From the IMG/VR virus record IMGVR_UViG_3300045988_113306: a DNA stretch of 64,000 bases. The stretch is one strand, 5' to 3'. Below, piece by piece: positions 18,830 to 28,344 of the stretch. The position numbers and the translations under genes were made by a program. The number at the start of each line of letters is the position of its first letter. The first letter of the stretch is position 1. The notes beneath the pieces were generated by a model, which did not search any database, was not told the origin of the DNA, and was given only the letters and a program-made list of their open reading frames with translations. The stretch is from a virus.

Positions 18830-19441
18830 TTATTCTTTTTCAATCAAGTTCCAATGTTCCATAGCGTATTCCTTTGTTTGCAACCAACATTCCCGGCGTG
18901 TGATTTCACAAATATGATTGCATTTAGGTTGCACGATGATATACTGCTCGGCGGACTTCTCGGACGCTCCAAATTTGTCATTGAGCTTTACGCGCAAGTC
19001 TGCCTCGGTCTTTTGCAATAATGCCAACGTCTTTAAGTCCGATGCGTTTTCGCCCGACATCGCGTCTTTTTTCAATTCCACGATTTCACGCAACTGTTGT
19101 TCAATTCCTTCTCGGTTTTCCTCAAATGTCATTGAACCGTCATCCGTTCCATTTGTTTTCTTCCCTTTGCTCTTGGCTATCAGATTCGCTATCTCGGCAG
19201 CCTCGTCCTTTTCCTTGGCTTGTAGCTTCTCACTTTGGAAGTAGCGTACCAAGTATTTTATGCGGTCAAGCTCCTTGAACGTTTCGTAATTGCCGTCATC
19301 GCCGAAAATGAGTCTGTAGGACATCGCTCCGTCGCCGAGTTTGGCAACCAATATGGAATAGCCTACATCCCTTATTCGGACTTCATGGCCGCGCTTCTTT
19401 GCATCCTCTATTACCTTGTCTATATACCTTGTTTCTGCCAT
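18830..19441 (-). CDS. hypothetical protein between terminase and portal
   Basis: Start trimmed to MAETRY (ATG 19441), 3 nt after the TerL stop. Coiled-coil middle. Confidence 0.5.
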   Translation of the reverse strand: MAETRYIDKVIEDAKKRGHEVRIRDVGYSILVAKLGDGAMSYRLIFGDDGNYETFKELDRIKYLVRYFQSEKLQAKEKDEAAEIANLIAKSKGKKTNGTDDGSMTFEENREGIEQQLREIVELKKDAMSGENASDLKTLALLQKTEADLRVKLNDKFGASEKSAEQYIIVQPKCNHICEITRRECWLQTKEYAMEHWNLIEKE

Positions 19442-19443
19442 AT

Positions 19444-21039
19444 CTAACACCAAGTTGAATCATCGTAAATGTTAACTCTTTGACCGTAGATGTCTTCTTC
19501 CTCCTCTTCGGTCATGACGCCGTATTGCAACTCGTCGCCGTATTCACAGGACAAGCAGGGGAAATACCTCATTGAACATGCGTCCGTCAAGTCCATTGAC
19601 CCGTCGTGGCCGAGGTTTGAGTTCATTTCCTTTTTAGTCCACAGTCTTTTCTTTCCGCCCGCCATCTCGTTGAAACGCACCACCGAGCACTCGTCCACAA
19701 ACTCGGCCAATACCGTTATTTGTGACTTTATGTTTTGGTGGGTGTATTGCATATTGGCGACATCCTCCGACATTGATATGCGACTTTCGTTGACCGCATT
19801 GACAAAGCGCATGTAGCACTCGTCCTTCAATAACTGAAAGTTCAGTCGATACAAACCTCTTGGCCGATATGAAGAAACGTAGGGCTGTGCATCGGGAATG
19901 TAGTCGGACATATACGTGGCTCGCTGTCCGTCGTATATGACATGACTGTCCCCTATGTCGTGTCTGCGCTGCATACGCTTGATATGCTCAACATTGCCTT
20001 TCGGCGTGGTCTTTTGTATTATGTCAATGTCTATGATGTGGAATCCGTTCCAAGCCAAGATTATCGTATTGTCCTTGCCTACATCCGCCAAGTCCGCCGT
20101 AATCCACTTGTCACCGTTCATCATTGGGTCGTTGTCGGCGATTGAACGGGCCTTGGATAAAATGATAGGGGCTTCAGTTTCCGAGTCGGGGTCGTAATCC
20201 CAACTGCCTTCGAGAAGGGCCGCACCCTCTCGACCACTAATGCTGCCGATATAATCTGGATTAGTTGCAAGAAGGGCTTTATTCTCAGAAACGCTGCCGA
20301 GAATAAATGTGAATGACTTTATAAGGTTCTCATACGATGCGTCATGCCCTAACTTGCGCAACGATTTGTCAATGCTCTTTTTGCATTTTTGGTACACTTC
20401 CAACTTGTCGTTCCCCCAAACGTAGTCATCTACGGTGTCGCCATCAAGATAAAAATAACGGACAACACCGCTTCTTTCGGGTATTACAAAACCGTCTGGG
20501 CCTATATACCACTCTAACATTTTACGAGTGAAGTGACGTTTATGAGGATTAGTAGTGGCTCGTATTTTTCCAGTCCACCCTGCTATACCACGACAACGGG
20601 ACTGAATGTAATTCCAAGTGTAAAAATCAAACCCTGTCAATTCGTCAAAGCATATACAGTCAGCTTGCAAGCCTTTGAATACTTCTCGGACTTTGTTTGG
20701 GTTTTCGTCAGCGACTTGACGGCACTCCACGGAAGCCCCACTTGCAAAGGTGATGCGAGGATTCTCCGATTTAGTAATAGAAACATTGTTGCCGTAGACT
20801 TGGCTAAACAGTTCGAGCATACCGCCACTCGTTTTCAATTCCCCAAGAGTGCGACGCAATACGACTGCACGATAATTTGGGTCAAGGGACGGTTCGGCGT
20901 GTAATGCAGCAAGACCCCAGCTTTTTCCTCCAGCTAAGGAACCTCCGTAGATGCATACGTCTACATTGGTGGAACAGAACAGTTCTTGTCCACCCGGCTG
21001 CGGTCTTATTATCTTCGGTTGTCGTATGTCATCTGCCAT
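19444..21039 (-). CDS. terL: terminase large subunit
   Basis: Start trimmed to MADDIRQP. Walker A-like GGSLAGGKS and Walker B-like CICFDELTGF; size and position upstream of portal fit. Confidence 0.85.
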   Translation of the reverse strand: MADDIRQPKIIRPQPGGQELFCSTNVDVCIYGGSLAGGKSWGLAALHAEPSLDPNYRAVVLRRTLGELKTSGGMLELFSQVYGNNVSITKSENPRITFASGASVECRQVADENPNKVREVFKGLQADCICFDELTGFDFYTWNYIQSRCRGIAGWTGKIRATTNPHKRHFTRKMLEWYIGPDGFVIPERSGVVRYFYLDGDTVDDYVWGNDKLEVYQKCKKSIDKSLRKLGHDASYENLIKSFTFILGSVSENKALLATNPDYIGSISGREGAALLEGSWDYDPDSETEAPIILSKARSIADNDPMMNGDKWITADLADVGKDNTIILAWNGFHIIDIDIIQKTTPKGNVEHIKRMQRRHDIGDSHVIYDGQRATYMSDYIPDAQPYVSSYRPRGLYRLNFQLLKDECYMRFVNAVNESRISMSEDVANMQYTHQNIKSQITVLAEFVDECSVVRFNEMAGGKKRLWTKKEMNSNLGHDGSMDLTDACSMRYFPCLSCEYGDELQYGVMTEEEEEDIYGQRVNIYDDSTWC

Positions 21040-21142
21040 TAATCGCCATCGTTTTGAACGCACCGCTTGGAAAGAAAATAGGGAAAGGGAAACGATGCAC
21101 AACCCTTTGTCAGCAGGCAGCTATCTCTGCCTATCCCCGCCG

Positions 21143-21150
21143 CAAAATTA
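21143..21150 (-). promoter_or_regulatory. -7 box TAATTTTG for the leftward TerL operon
   Basis: Plus strand CAAAATTA, exactly 56 nt from palindrome centre 21199. Confidence 0.5.
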
Positions 21151-21191
21151 CCTAATGACAATGCCTATATATAATAATAATGTGAAAAACA

Positions 21192-21206
21192 TTGATACTG
21201 TATCAA
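21192..21206. promoter_or_regulatory. palindromic site TTGATACTGTATCAA between divergent late operons
   Basis: Perfect 7-bp arms, equidistant (56 nt) from the -7 boxes at 21143 (minus) and 21255 (plus). Confidence 0.65.
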
Positions 21207-21247
21207 ATATTTCCCCGAAAATCCAAACATCGTATCATCCCGCCAAC

Positions 21248-21255
21248 TATTTTTG
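21248..21255 (+). promoter_or_regulatory. -7 box TATTTTTG for the scaffold/capsid operon
   Basis: Matches TAnnTTTG, 27 nt upstream of ATG 21282. No good -33 TTTG. Confidence 0.5.
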
Positions 21256-21281
21256 CACCAAACTCTTAAATAATTAGCAGA

Positions 21282-21938
21282 ATGAAGTTTACACAAAACG
21301 ACGCCTTTAAAAAGATTAAGGGCATCCTGACACGAGGCGGGAAAGACCTGCAAATGTCAGAAAGAAGCATCATGGAGCAGATTGACAGCCTTTCGGCCCT
21401 GATTGCAAACGACGACATGGAGTTGGACGATTTTATCGCCAAGGTCGAGAACACTTTCAAGACCATGAACGGCAACGCTAAGAAGGACTACTCCGATTTC
21501 GTCAACAAGTGGAAAGAGGAACACCCCGAAGCCGACCCTCCACAAAACGAGCCTAAGCCCAACGACCAAACAAAGGTCAACCCTGAGCTTGAAGCCCTGA
21601 AGGCGGAAATCGAGGCCCTTAAATCCAAGAACGCCGAGGCCGAGAAACTATCAAAGTTAAGTGCAAAAAAATCGGAACTCGTCAACGCTCTCGGAGCAAA
21701 GGGCGTCAAGGACAAGGAGTGGATTGAATCTTTCCTGTCGGAAGTGAACATCACGGAGGACTTGGACGTGGACGCGAAAGCAGAGGCTTACGCCAAGTTC
21801 TACAACAAGTCCAACGCTAATGTGCCGCCCACGCCTACGCCCGGCAACCCGAACTCAAACATAGACGATGAATTTGCGTCTTTGAAGAGAGCGTCTGAGC
21901 TTGCAAAGCAGCAGCGTGAGCAAATGGAGTCAATTTAG
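21282..21938 (+). CDS. putative scaffolding protein
   Basis: 218-aa acidic, Ala/Glu/Lys-rich coiled-coil ORF directly upstream of head genes. Confidence 0.55.
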   Translation: MKFTQNDAFKKIKGILTRGGKDLQMSERSIMEQIDSLSALIANDDMELDDFIAKVENTFKTMNGNAKKDYSDFVNKWKEEHPEADPPQNEPKPNDQTKVNPELEALKAEIEALKSKNAEAEKLSKLSAKKSELVNALGAKGVKDKEWIESFLSEVNITEDLDVDAKAEAYAKFYNKSNANVPPTPTPGNPNSNIDDEFASLKRASELAKQQREQMESI

Positions 21939-21957
21939 AAACTTAACACACAAAAAC

Positions 21958-22701
21958 ATGGCAAATATTACAAAAATGGCCGGTGGATATTTTGGCGGGC
22001 GTTCACTCGTTCAGCAAACCGGCACTAAAGGCGGTGCTCGTCACGTCTTTGTAAAATTCGACGACATAAAGGACGACCTTGTGTTCCCGACATTCGGTGG
22101 ACAGGTCATGAATCCGTTTCCCGGCGCTGCCAAGTTATTCGCTGGCGACCTAATGGAATTCCGAACTGAAACCGACGGACTTAAAGGCAAGGTTTGGATT
22201 CTCAAGACCTATGAGGTCGTTTCCGCTTCCGGCACAACCGTGAACATCGTTCGCGACGGTTATCATCACATCCCATTTGTAAGCGATGTTCTCACAGTGG
22301 CTCCCGAAACCATCGGCGGAACTGGCGCAGCAATGACAGTCGTAGCAGTCACCAAGACCAAGGTAGACACTCAGGATGTATGGGCGTTGACACTTTCCGC
22401 AGCTCCCACAACCGCTCCCGCAAAGGGCGACATCCTCGTTGAGTGCGACTCAACAGGCAAGATGTTGGTGAAAAACATAAACGCTTGTGCTGCATGGGAT
22501 TATGACTTTATGTGGTCGCAAGCCGCCGACCCGACCGACGAGGATGAGTTTGAGGCCGCCCGCTACTTCCTCACTCCGACTCTCCGTGGAACAATTTATG
22601 AGTCAAGAATGAGCCCCATGCCTAAATGCGTGAAGGATTTGAACATTTCCAACATCAACGGATGGTTCCGCTTCGACGCGCTTAACAAACCGAATGTTTA
22701 A
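21958..22701 (+). CDS. hypothetical head protein (decoration or second capsid component)
   Basis: Start trimmed to MANITKMAGG. 247 aa, between the scaffold and the putative major capsid gene. Confidence 0.5.
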   Translation: MANITKMAGGYFGGRSLVQQTGTKGGARHVFVKFDDIKDDLVFPTFGGQVMNPFPGAAKLFAGDLMEFRTETDGLKGKVWILKTYEVVSASGTTVNIVRDGYHHIPFVSDVLTVAPETIGGTGAAMTVVAVTKTKVDTQDVWALTLSAAPTTAPAKGDILVECDSTGKMLVKNINACAAWDYDFMWSQAADPTDEDEFEAARYFLTPTLRGTIYESRMSPMPKCVKDLNISNINGWFRFDALNKPNV

Positions 22702-22721
22702 CCATCTAATAAAGTATTGAC

Positions 22722-23906
22722 ATGAAATTTGACTTTTCAAACACCAAATACGTCCGAATGTTTGAGGACTCATTGGAGGGACGTAGAATCATATCTTACA
22801 TCCTCAATGACCCCAATCTCGTAAAGGCAAACTACACGTTCTGGCGCACATTCTTCCCTGCCGACCCCACTCCCATACCTACTGACAAGTCTGGCCGTGC
22901 CGCCGTGCGCGTTGAAGCCCGTCAACCTGAACATGCAACTATGGCCGATTGGCGAGCACCGCTTGGAAACTCTCGCCTTGCAGAAGGGGGTGCAGCTTCC
23001 GAGTATAATGCCGGAATCATTGACCTCATTGCTCCGGGATGGCAGGAACAGGCAATGGAACGCGAATATAAGGAGAAGCTATTCCAAGACCTCGGCGACG
23101 ATGCGCCTCTGCTCTTAGGCTACGCTACCGACGTTCTCCAGCCCCGTGTCGACTCAGTGAACATGGCATTGTCGAACATGGCAGCTCAGGCACTGTCAAA
23201 GTCACAGGTTGTTTACAAGGGCGGTAAAGGCATCACGGGTCCTGTGTACAAGGCACCCACTCCTGCCGAGAACTTCACTAAGATGTTCCACAATATCATA
23301 TCAGACCCCGATTGCGACATCCTTGCAGAACTCGCTGAAATCAACCAGTACTATACCGAAAGCGTATGGGGTAATGAGAATATGCCTACTGAGTACCTTG
23401 TACCCGAAGCCATCTTCCTTAACAACTTTCTCAAGAATGCCAAGGTAATAGATTGGTTGAAAGTTCAGTGGCTTCTTGATAAGGGCCAGCTTATCAATCA
23501 AACATCAAGCGTTCCGTCGAACATCGTTGATGAAGCAACTTTCCAAAAGTATGCCATCAAATACCCCGGCCTGCCTCCTATTCGCGTCATCCGCGAGAAG
23601 CAGCTTAACGACGGCGTTGTGACATCAGGTTGGTCGCCCAACATCATAACCCTCAAGGCTACTGGTTTCGCTGGTAAGACCTACCGCACCGAGATACTTG
23701 ACCGTACACTCTCGGAGAAATACGGCAACAATATCATCACCAAGGTATTCGGAACAACCCTTGACGGAATTGTCACCGTTGAGAACACCACTGGTGTTGA
23801 CGGACAATACAAGTATTGGGCCACCGATGTCAAATGCTCGGCTACTCCTATTCTTGACTTGTATCTGTACATGGCACACATTGACACATCGCAAGTTAAG
23901 GCATAA
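22722..23906 (+). CDS. putative major capsid protein
   Basis: 394-aa ORF after the scaffold, followed by a strong terminator and preceded by TTAACCATCTAATAAA. Call rests on position and size. Confidence 0.55.
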   Translation: MKFDFSNTKYVRMFEDSLEGRRIISYILNDPNLVKANYTFWRTFFPADPTPIPTDKSGRAAVRVEARQPEHATMADWRAPLGNSRLAEGGAASEYNAGIIDLIAPGWQEQAMEREYKEKLFQDLGDDAPLLLGYATDVLQPRVDSVNMALSNMAAQALSKSQVVYKGGKGITGPVYKAPTPAENFTKMFHNIISDPDCDILAELAEINQYYTESVWGNENMPTEYLVPEAIFLNNFLKNAKVIDWLKVQWLLDKGQLINQTSSVPSNIVDEATFQKYAIKYPGLPPIRVIREKQLNDGVVTSGWSPNIITLKATGFAGKTYRTEILDRTLSEKYGNNIITKVFGTTLDGIVTVENTTGVDGQYKYWATDVKCSATPILDLYLYMAHIDTSQVKA

Positions 23907-23930
23907 CGAACAAACACCTCCTTTCTTAAT

Positions 23931-23958
23931 GGGGCGGGGCTTAAATGCTTACCGCCCC
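23931..23958 (+). terminator. intrinsic terminator after capsid gene
   Basis: GGGGCGG-N14-CCGCCCC followed by ATCTTTTTA. Confidence 0.65.
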
Positions 23959-23966
23959 ATCTTTTT

Positions 23967-23981
23967 ATATTACAGTATCAA
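23967..23981. promoter_or_regulatory. half-conserved copy of the late palindrome (ATATTACAGTATCAA)
   Basis: Right arm plus flank GTATCAAACTTTT identical to 6517-6529. Centre is 57 nt from the -7 box ending at 24031. Confidence 0.45.
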
Positions 23982-23999
23982 ACTTTTAGCCGATAATAT

Positions 24000-24031
24000 T
24001 TTGAACAACCTGAGCCCAAGCGTTACATTTG
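24000..24031 (+). promoter_or_regulatory. Bacteroidota-type promoter TTTG-N20-TACATTTG
   Basis: TTTG 24000-24003 and TACATTTG 24024-24031, 24 nt before ATG 24056. Confidence 0.6.
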
Positions 24032-24055
24032 TGATAACATATAATTGCAATTGAT

Positions 24056-24487
24056 ATGAAAGAAAAAACAAGTTTAGACCTGTTCGACCTCTCGGAATAT
24101 CCGAGGGACTTCAAACAGTACTTAAAAAACTACGGATTCCACTTCACGAAAAAGTGCGTGGATTACGCCGTAAAGGGATTGAAAAAGGAAAATCCCGCCA
24201 CTAAGAAATTGGAGGTCATCGAACCTTGGGACAAAGATAAAGTCGACGACTTGCTCAAACGCTTCAACATAGTATTGGAGGACAACGAGCTTCACGACTA
24301 TGTTTGGGTATGCAACATGCTCCGTTCAGACATGTTCAAGTCAAGCATTCCCGACGAGCAACACCTTGCGATGGGAGTAAAAGACATGGTTGATGACAAA
24401 GACCAAAAGGACGGATTCATATTCAACAGATGGGTTAACGACAGATTGTTCAACGGATGCCCGATTGATTGGGCGGAATTGCTGTAG
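24056..24487 (+). CDS. hypothetical protein (first gene of putative lysis-like cassette)
   Basis: 143-aa ORF behind its own promoter. Confidence 0.5.
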   Translation: MKEKTSLDLFDLSEYPRDFKQYLKNYGFHFTKKCVDYAVKGLKKENPATKKLEVIEPWDKDKVDDLLKRFNIVLEDNELHDYVWVCNMLRSDMFKSSIPDEQHLAMGVKDMVDDKDQKDGFIFNRWVNDRLFNGCPIDWAELL

Positions 24488-24489
24488 TC

Positions 24490-24711
24490 ATGGATAAAAA
24501 GAATTTGTTCGACCATTGGCTAAGGATAATCGCCATCGCCGTAATAATCGTCGGCTTGGTACTGATAATAGAAGGCTTCCTGATTGACCCGCAGGGACAA
24601 ATCCACCACTCGGTTCTGATATACTTCGGCGAGTGTCTGATATTCGTCGGATGCGTGCCGATAGTTGAAATATACACGAGAGAAAAAGAGAAAAAGAAAA
24701 AAGGCAAATAA
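24490..24711 (+). CDS. small two-TM membrane protein (holin-like)
   Basis: Start trimmed to MDKKNL. Two hydrophobic spans and a Lys-rich C-terminus (EKEKKKKGK). Confidence 0.45.
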   Translation: MDKKNLFDHWLRIIAIAVIIVGLVLIIEGFLIDPQGQIHHSVLIYFGECLIFVGCVPIVEIYTREKEKKKKGK

Positions 24712-25146
24712 ATGGAAAGCATATACGAATGGCTTCTCAACAACGCACTTCCTGAGTTTTGGTCATTCATAAAGCCAATGCTGCCGTGGATGCTTATTTC
24801 TATGGTGGCTCCATTGGTACGCTACAGGCTTGACAAGCAACTTTGGCTGTACAACAAAAAACATCATGACACTCACGACAAGCCAGCATTCAATAAGTAT
24901 CGCAGCACTATCATGAACTGCATATCCATAGTGTCGCTTGCGGGAGTGTGCGAGATGACGTTTGCGCCTGTGCTCGGCATCACTATCGTGTCGAGCGTGT
25001 TGATGGTGGTGATAGCCACCGTCCAGCTTGTCAAGTGCATAAACTCGTACCTGAAGATTGAGGAGGTGGGCTTCCGCATTGACTTGTTCAAGGTGTTCAA
25101 AAAAAGCTCGTTCGGAGAGGTTGTTGAAAAAGACGAAAAGCAATGA
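24712..25146 (+). CDS. membrane protein
   Basis: 144-aa ORF starting at the previous stop, with several hydrophobic segments. Confidence 0.5.
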   Translation: MESIYEWLLNNALPEFWSFIKPMLPWMLISMVAPLVRYRLDKQLWLYNKKHHDTHDKPAFNKYRSTIMNCISIVSLAGVCEMTFAPVLGITIVSSVLMVVIATVQLVKCINSYLKIEEVGFRIDLFKVFKKSSFGEVVEKDEKQ

Positions 25147-25577
25147 TACGACAAGACGTTCATTTTAACATGATGGATTGGGATGTGACATTGTTCTACA
25201 ATGCCAAGCCTTATGACGCATCCGAGATTATGCGTTGCTTGTGGAACAACGGCATCTGTCCTGAGAAATATTGGGAGGCCCAAACGCTCTTGCGTAGCGG
25301 GCGACGAAACGAGGGACTGACATACACAAACCCACGATACCACAGTAGCGTCGTGGTGATTGGCCATGTTTCCGACATTTGGGAATGGATAGACACCGTT
25401 GAACACGAGGGCCGACATTTGGTGCAGGGTATCTGCAACCATTATGGCATAGACCCGGACAGTGAGGAAGCCGCATATATGGAGGGCCACTTGTTCAAGC
25501 AGATTGTAAAAGAGTTTGCCTATGAGTTCGGCGGACTTTTCATGCGAGCATGGAACTTACTAAAAACAATAAGATAG
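25143..25577 (+). CDS. HExxH-motif protein (possible zinc metallopeptidase)
   Basis: 144-aa ORF with ATGA overlap; contains VEHEGRHL (HExxH). Confidence 0.45.
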   Translation: MIRQDVHFNMMDWDVTLFYNAKPYDASEIMRCLWNNGICPEKYWEAQTLLRSGRRNEGLTYTNPRYHSSVVVIGHVSDIWEWIDTVEHEGRHLVQGICNHYGIDPDSEEAAYMEGHLFKQIVKEFAYEFGGLFMRAWNLLKTIR

Positions 25578-25612
25578 GCAAGGCGCTTTGCCCTGTAAAA
25601 CTCAAGTGATAA

Positions 25613-25644
25613 AAAAGGGAGTGTCCTCACGGATGCTCCCTTTT
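25613..25644. terminator. bidirectional intrinsic terminator between convergent modules
   Basis: AAAAGGGAG-N14-CTCCCTTTT with A/T runs on both sides. Confidence 0.6.
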
Positions 25645-25670
25645 CATCATCTAAAAGATTGTTTACAAAA

Positions 25671-26267
25671 TTACGAGTTATCTATGTCTGGTATAGGCGT
25701 ATTGACAATTTCGTCAACGGCCTTGGCGCTGTCTATAAATTCGTTGTTTGCCTTGATGTCCTCTTCGGTTTCAGGTTTCAAATCCTGCGACGCAATTCCA
25801 ATAGCGTATTCACTAAAAGACTCAATCATCTTGGCCGTTACTTCGTAAAGCATACGTTGGTCTAATGAGCATAGGATGGGGGTTTGTAATGAATACAATG
25901 TAGCATCACGCAAAGCGCCCTCCATGTCGTCAAGCTCCTTGTCATCGGACGGATTCTCAAGGTATTCAAAGATATGCTCACAAAGCTCATAAAGCGAACG
26001 CATACGCATTTCCACAATTGTGTACATGCCTCCCTTTGCCTCGAATATAAACTTTCCCGTCCGGGTCTTTGACAGCTTGGTCGTTTCAAAGTCGTATGAC
26101 TTCTCAATGTCGGCCAATGGGATAATAACCTCGGTGGGCTCAATGTCGGCCTGTTTCTGCAAGCTGACAAGCTCGTCAATCAACGAGTTGGCGAAGTGCG
26201 CGTCCTTTGAGTTGGCGACTATCTTACTTTTTACTTCTTTTAGTTTTTGGTGTAGCTGTTTTTCCAT
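25671..26267 (-). CDS. hypothetical protein
   Basis: Track ORF trimmed to MEKQLHQ; still overlaps the upstream gene by 44 nt, so the start is uncertain. Confidence 0.45.
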   Translation of the reverse strand: MEKQLHQKLKEVKSKIVANSKDAHFANSLIDELVSLQKQADIEPTEVIIPLADIEKSYDFETTKLSKTRTGKFIFEAKGGMYTIVEMRMRSLYELCEHIFEYLENPSDDKELDDMEGALRDATLYSLQTPILCSLDQRMLYEVTAKMIESFSEYAIGIASQDLKPETEEDIKANNEFIDSAKAVDEIVNTPIPDIDNS

Positions 26268-26781
26268 ACTTCTTACGTTTTGAAATCTTTTCCATAAGTT
26301 CGGGGTCGGCCATTTCAATGCGTTTTCGGGCGTCCTCGTTGATGTCCGACACCATCTTGGCTTGGCGCATCGCGACTTCCTCGATATACTCGTTTATTTG
26401 CTTTCTGTCGGCCTCAATCTGCTCAGGCGACTTATCGTCTGTCGAGAGGAGCTTTTTGATGTCAGCCTCGTTGTAGCCCATTTTTCGGAGGTATTTCAAC
26501 CTTTGCTCATCATTGGCAAATCTCGGCACTATGTTCGCTGCGGTTGCCTCGTATGGATGGATTGAAAGCATCTCGCATATTATGGCTACCGGGCCGAAGT
26601 CGCGCACGATTCTTGGATTGTCCTTGCCGTCGTTAACCACAAGGCAGTAACCTATCTGCCCGTTGCTTTTACGGACACGGGCAATGGCCTTTATCCATTT
26701 CTTCTTATATTTGCCGTCGATGGCAGGGGGTAAGTCGGGCCACCCGATTTCTTTCAATGCTTCAAGGAGTCCGTTGTTCAT
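26224..26781 (-). CDS. hypothetical protein, basic C-terminus
   Basis: 185-aa ORF in an operon with ATGA-type overlap. Confidence 0.55.
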   Translation of the reverse strand: MNNGLLEALKEIGWPDLPPAIDGKYKKKWIKAIARVRKSNGQIGYCLVVNDGKDNPRIVRDFGPVAIICEMLSIHPYEATAANIVPRFANDEQRLKYLRKMGYNEADIKKLLSTDDKSPEQIEADRKQINEYIEEVAMRQAKMVSDINEDARKRIEMADPELMEKISKRKKYGKTATPKTKRSKK

Positions 26782-27356
26782 TCCGTTTCGTTCAGCTTGT
26801 CAATTAACTGTTGGCGTTCCTCGCCTTGCACTTTGTATTTCACACAATAACACGGACGCACATATTGTCCGTTGGATAGGCAAAGATACATTTCTCCGTC
26901 GCTGTCATGTGACATCGCTTCAATGACCTCGGTTTGACTTTCTCCGGGTTCGGGGATATACTTTACCCAATCGCCGACATGGAAATCATGAACTATGATT
27001 TTGTTGCCATCGACATGCCATCCGTGTACAAACAGGGATGTTAGTTCTTTTGCAGTTTCGTCATCCATTAGCTTTATGGCATCGGTTATACGGGGATGAT
27101 TTATATTATCATCCAGCTTTTGAATCTTTTTTGATACATGAAACGTCAACGGGTCTAACCATTCTTCAAAATCCTCAAACGAAAGACCCTCGGTCATCCT
27201 CACTCCGTCACGGTTGTAGACGTGGCTGGCAAACTTTATATGCTTCTTGCTGATATATTTTATATGCTGCACCAACCACTCCATGATTGACTTTCTCGCG
27301 TGGTGGGTGTAGACGGTCTTTGACAAATGGTCTAAGATTTCTTCTTTGGTTTTCAT
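26778..27356 (-). CDS. hypothetical protein
   Basis: 192-aa ORF in the leftward operon. Confidence 0.55.
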   Translation of the reverse strand: MKTKEEILDHLSKTVYTHHARKSIMEWLVQHIKYISKKHIKFASHVYNRDGVRMTEGLSFEDFEEWLDPLTFHVSKKIQKLDDNINHPRITDAIKLMDDETAKELTSLFVHGWHVDGNKIIVHDFHVGDWVKYIPEPGESQTEVIEAMSHDSDGEMYLCLSNGQYVRPCYCVKYKVQGEERQQLIDKLNETE

Positions 27357-27367
27357 TATGTTTGATT

Positions 27368-27853
27368 TTAAATTTGCGACGTTGGATAAAACTTGCCCCC
27401 GAAATTCCTGAACTTGTATTTCACCACACGGTACTGCTGTTTACCGTGCAGTATCTCATCCGAAACCTCCGGGGCGTCTATAAGGCACAACTGCCAATAG
27501 CGGTCGGGACGGAAAGTGTCGTGGTATTCTATCTTTTGTGCGGTAACGTAGTCAAAGAACGCCTGTTCATCCTCCAATACGGCGTATTCCGCATTGGACT
27601 TCCACACAAGCGTCAAAGTAATGTCGGATGTGTCGTATGCTATGTCGTCAACTGAGGGAACCCACAAGTTGCTACCGCTTTTCTCGGCAAACTTCTCCTC
27701 GTACACATTCATTGCCTTGGTTGGCTTGTTCCCCGAAAAGGACTTGTAATAGCAATTGAAATGCTCCTCCAAGTCTATGACAGGGAATGTGGTTGAGCCT
27801 TGGGGGTACTTATGTATGTAGAAGCGGTATTTGGTGTGGTGTTTATAGCTCAT
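27368..27853 (-). CDS. hypothetical protein
   Basis: 161-aa ORF in the leftward operon. Confidence 0.55.
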   Translation of the reverse strand: MSYKHHTKYRFYIHKYPQGSTTFPVIDLEEHFNCYYKSFSGNKPTKAMNVYEEKFAEKSGSNLWVPSVDDIAYDTSDITLTLVWKSNAEYAVLEDEQAFFDYVTAQKIEYHDTFRPDRYWQLCLIDAPEVSDEILHGKQQYRVVKYKFRNFGGKFYPTSQI

Positions 27854-28340
27854 CTCTTATGATTTTCACGTTTGACTTGTCATAGTCGTAAATATCGGCA
27901 TCTTCGCCGTATATGTAGACATTCGCCTTGCCGTCGCCCTTGATGTAGCATTTGCAGTTAACCAAGTGCATCTCGCATATACGATTCTTGGGAATGTATA
28001 TAGTGCCGATAAAATCTATCGCTATCAATGCCGTCGTAGTGGCCCGTATCGCGGCAATGTCGTCCCCTTTGCCGTCCAAACAATACATCGCCGATGTGTA
28101 GCCGTCCATGTCGCGGACATACTTGCCGTTATTGAATGGAGCATACTCACGGCAGATATACTCGGCTGTAAGCCCCCATCCCTTGGCAATTGAACGGGCA
28201 ACCCAAGGCATCCCGTTTGCGTCAAGACAGATGTCCATGAACGCCTTTTTAGACTTCGCCTTATCCACCTTGTCGGTGTATTCTTGGCAAAGCCCTAAGC
28301 GTTTCGCTTTGGCGATGAATTCTTCAAATGTCTTGTCCAT
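27843..28340 (-). CDS. hypothetical protein
   Basis: 165-aa ORF directly behind a TATCTTTG promoter. Confidence 0.55.
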   Translation of the reverse strand: MDKTFEEFIAKAKRLGLCQEYTDKVDKAKSKKAFMDICLDANGMPWVARSIAKGWGLTAEYICREYAPFNNGKYVRDMDGYTSAMYCLDGKGDDIAAIRATTTALIAIDFIGTIYIPKNRICEMHLVNCKCYIKGDGKANVYIYGEDADIYDYDKSNVKIIRDEL

Positions 28341-28344
28341 AGCG

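Noticed and set aside
26881-26888. Seventh CAAAGATA (TATCTTTG on the minus strand).
   Set aside because: It lies inside coding sequence (26778..27356) and has no TTG/TTTG at -33 spacing.
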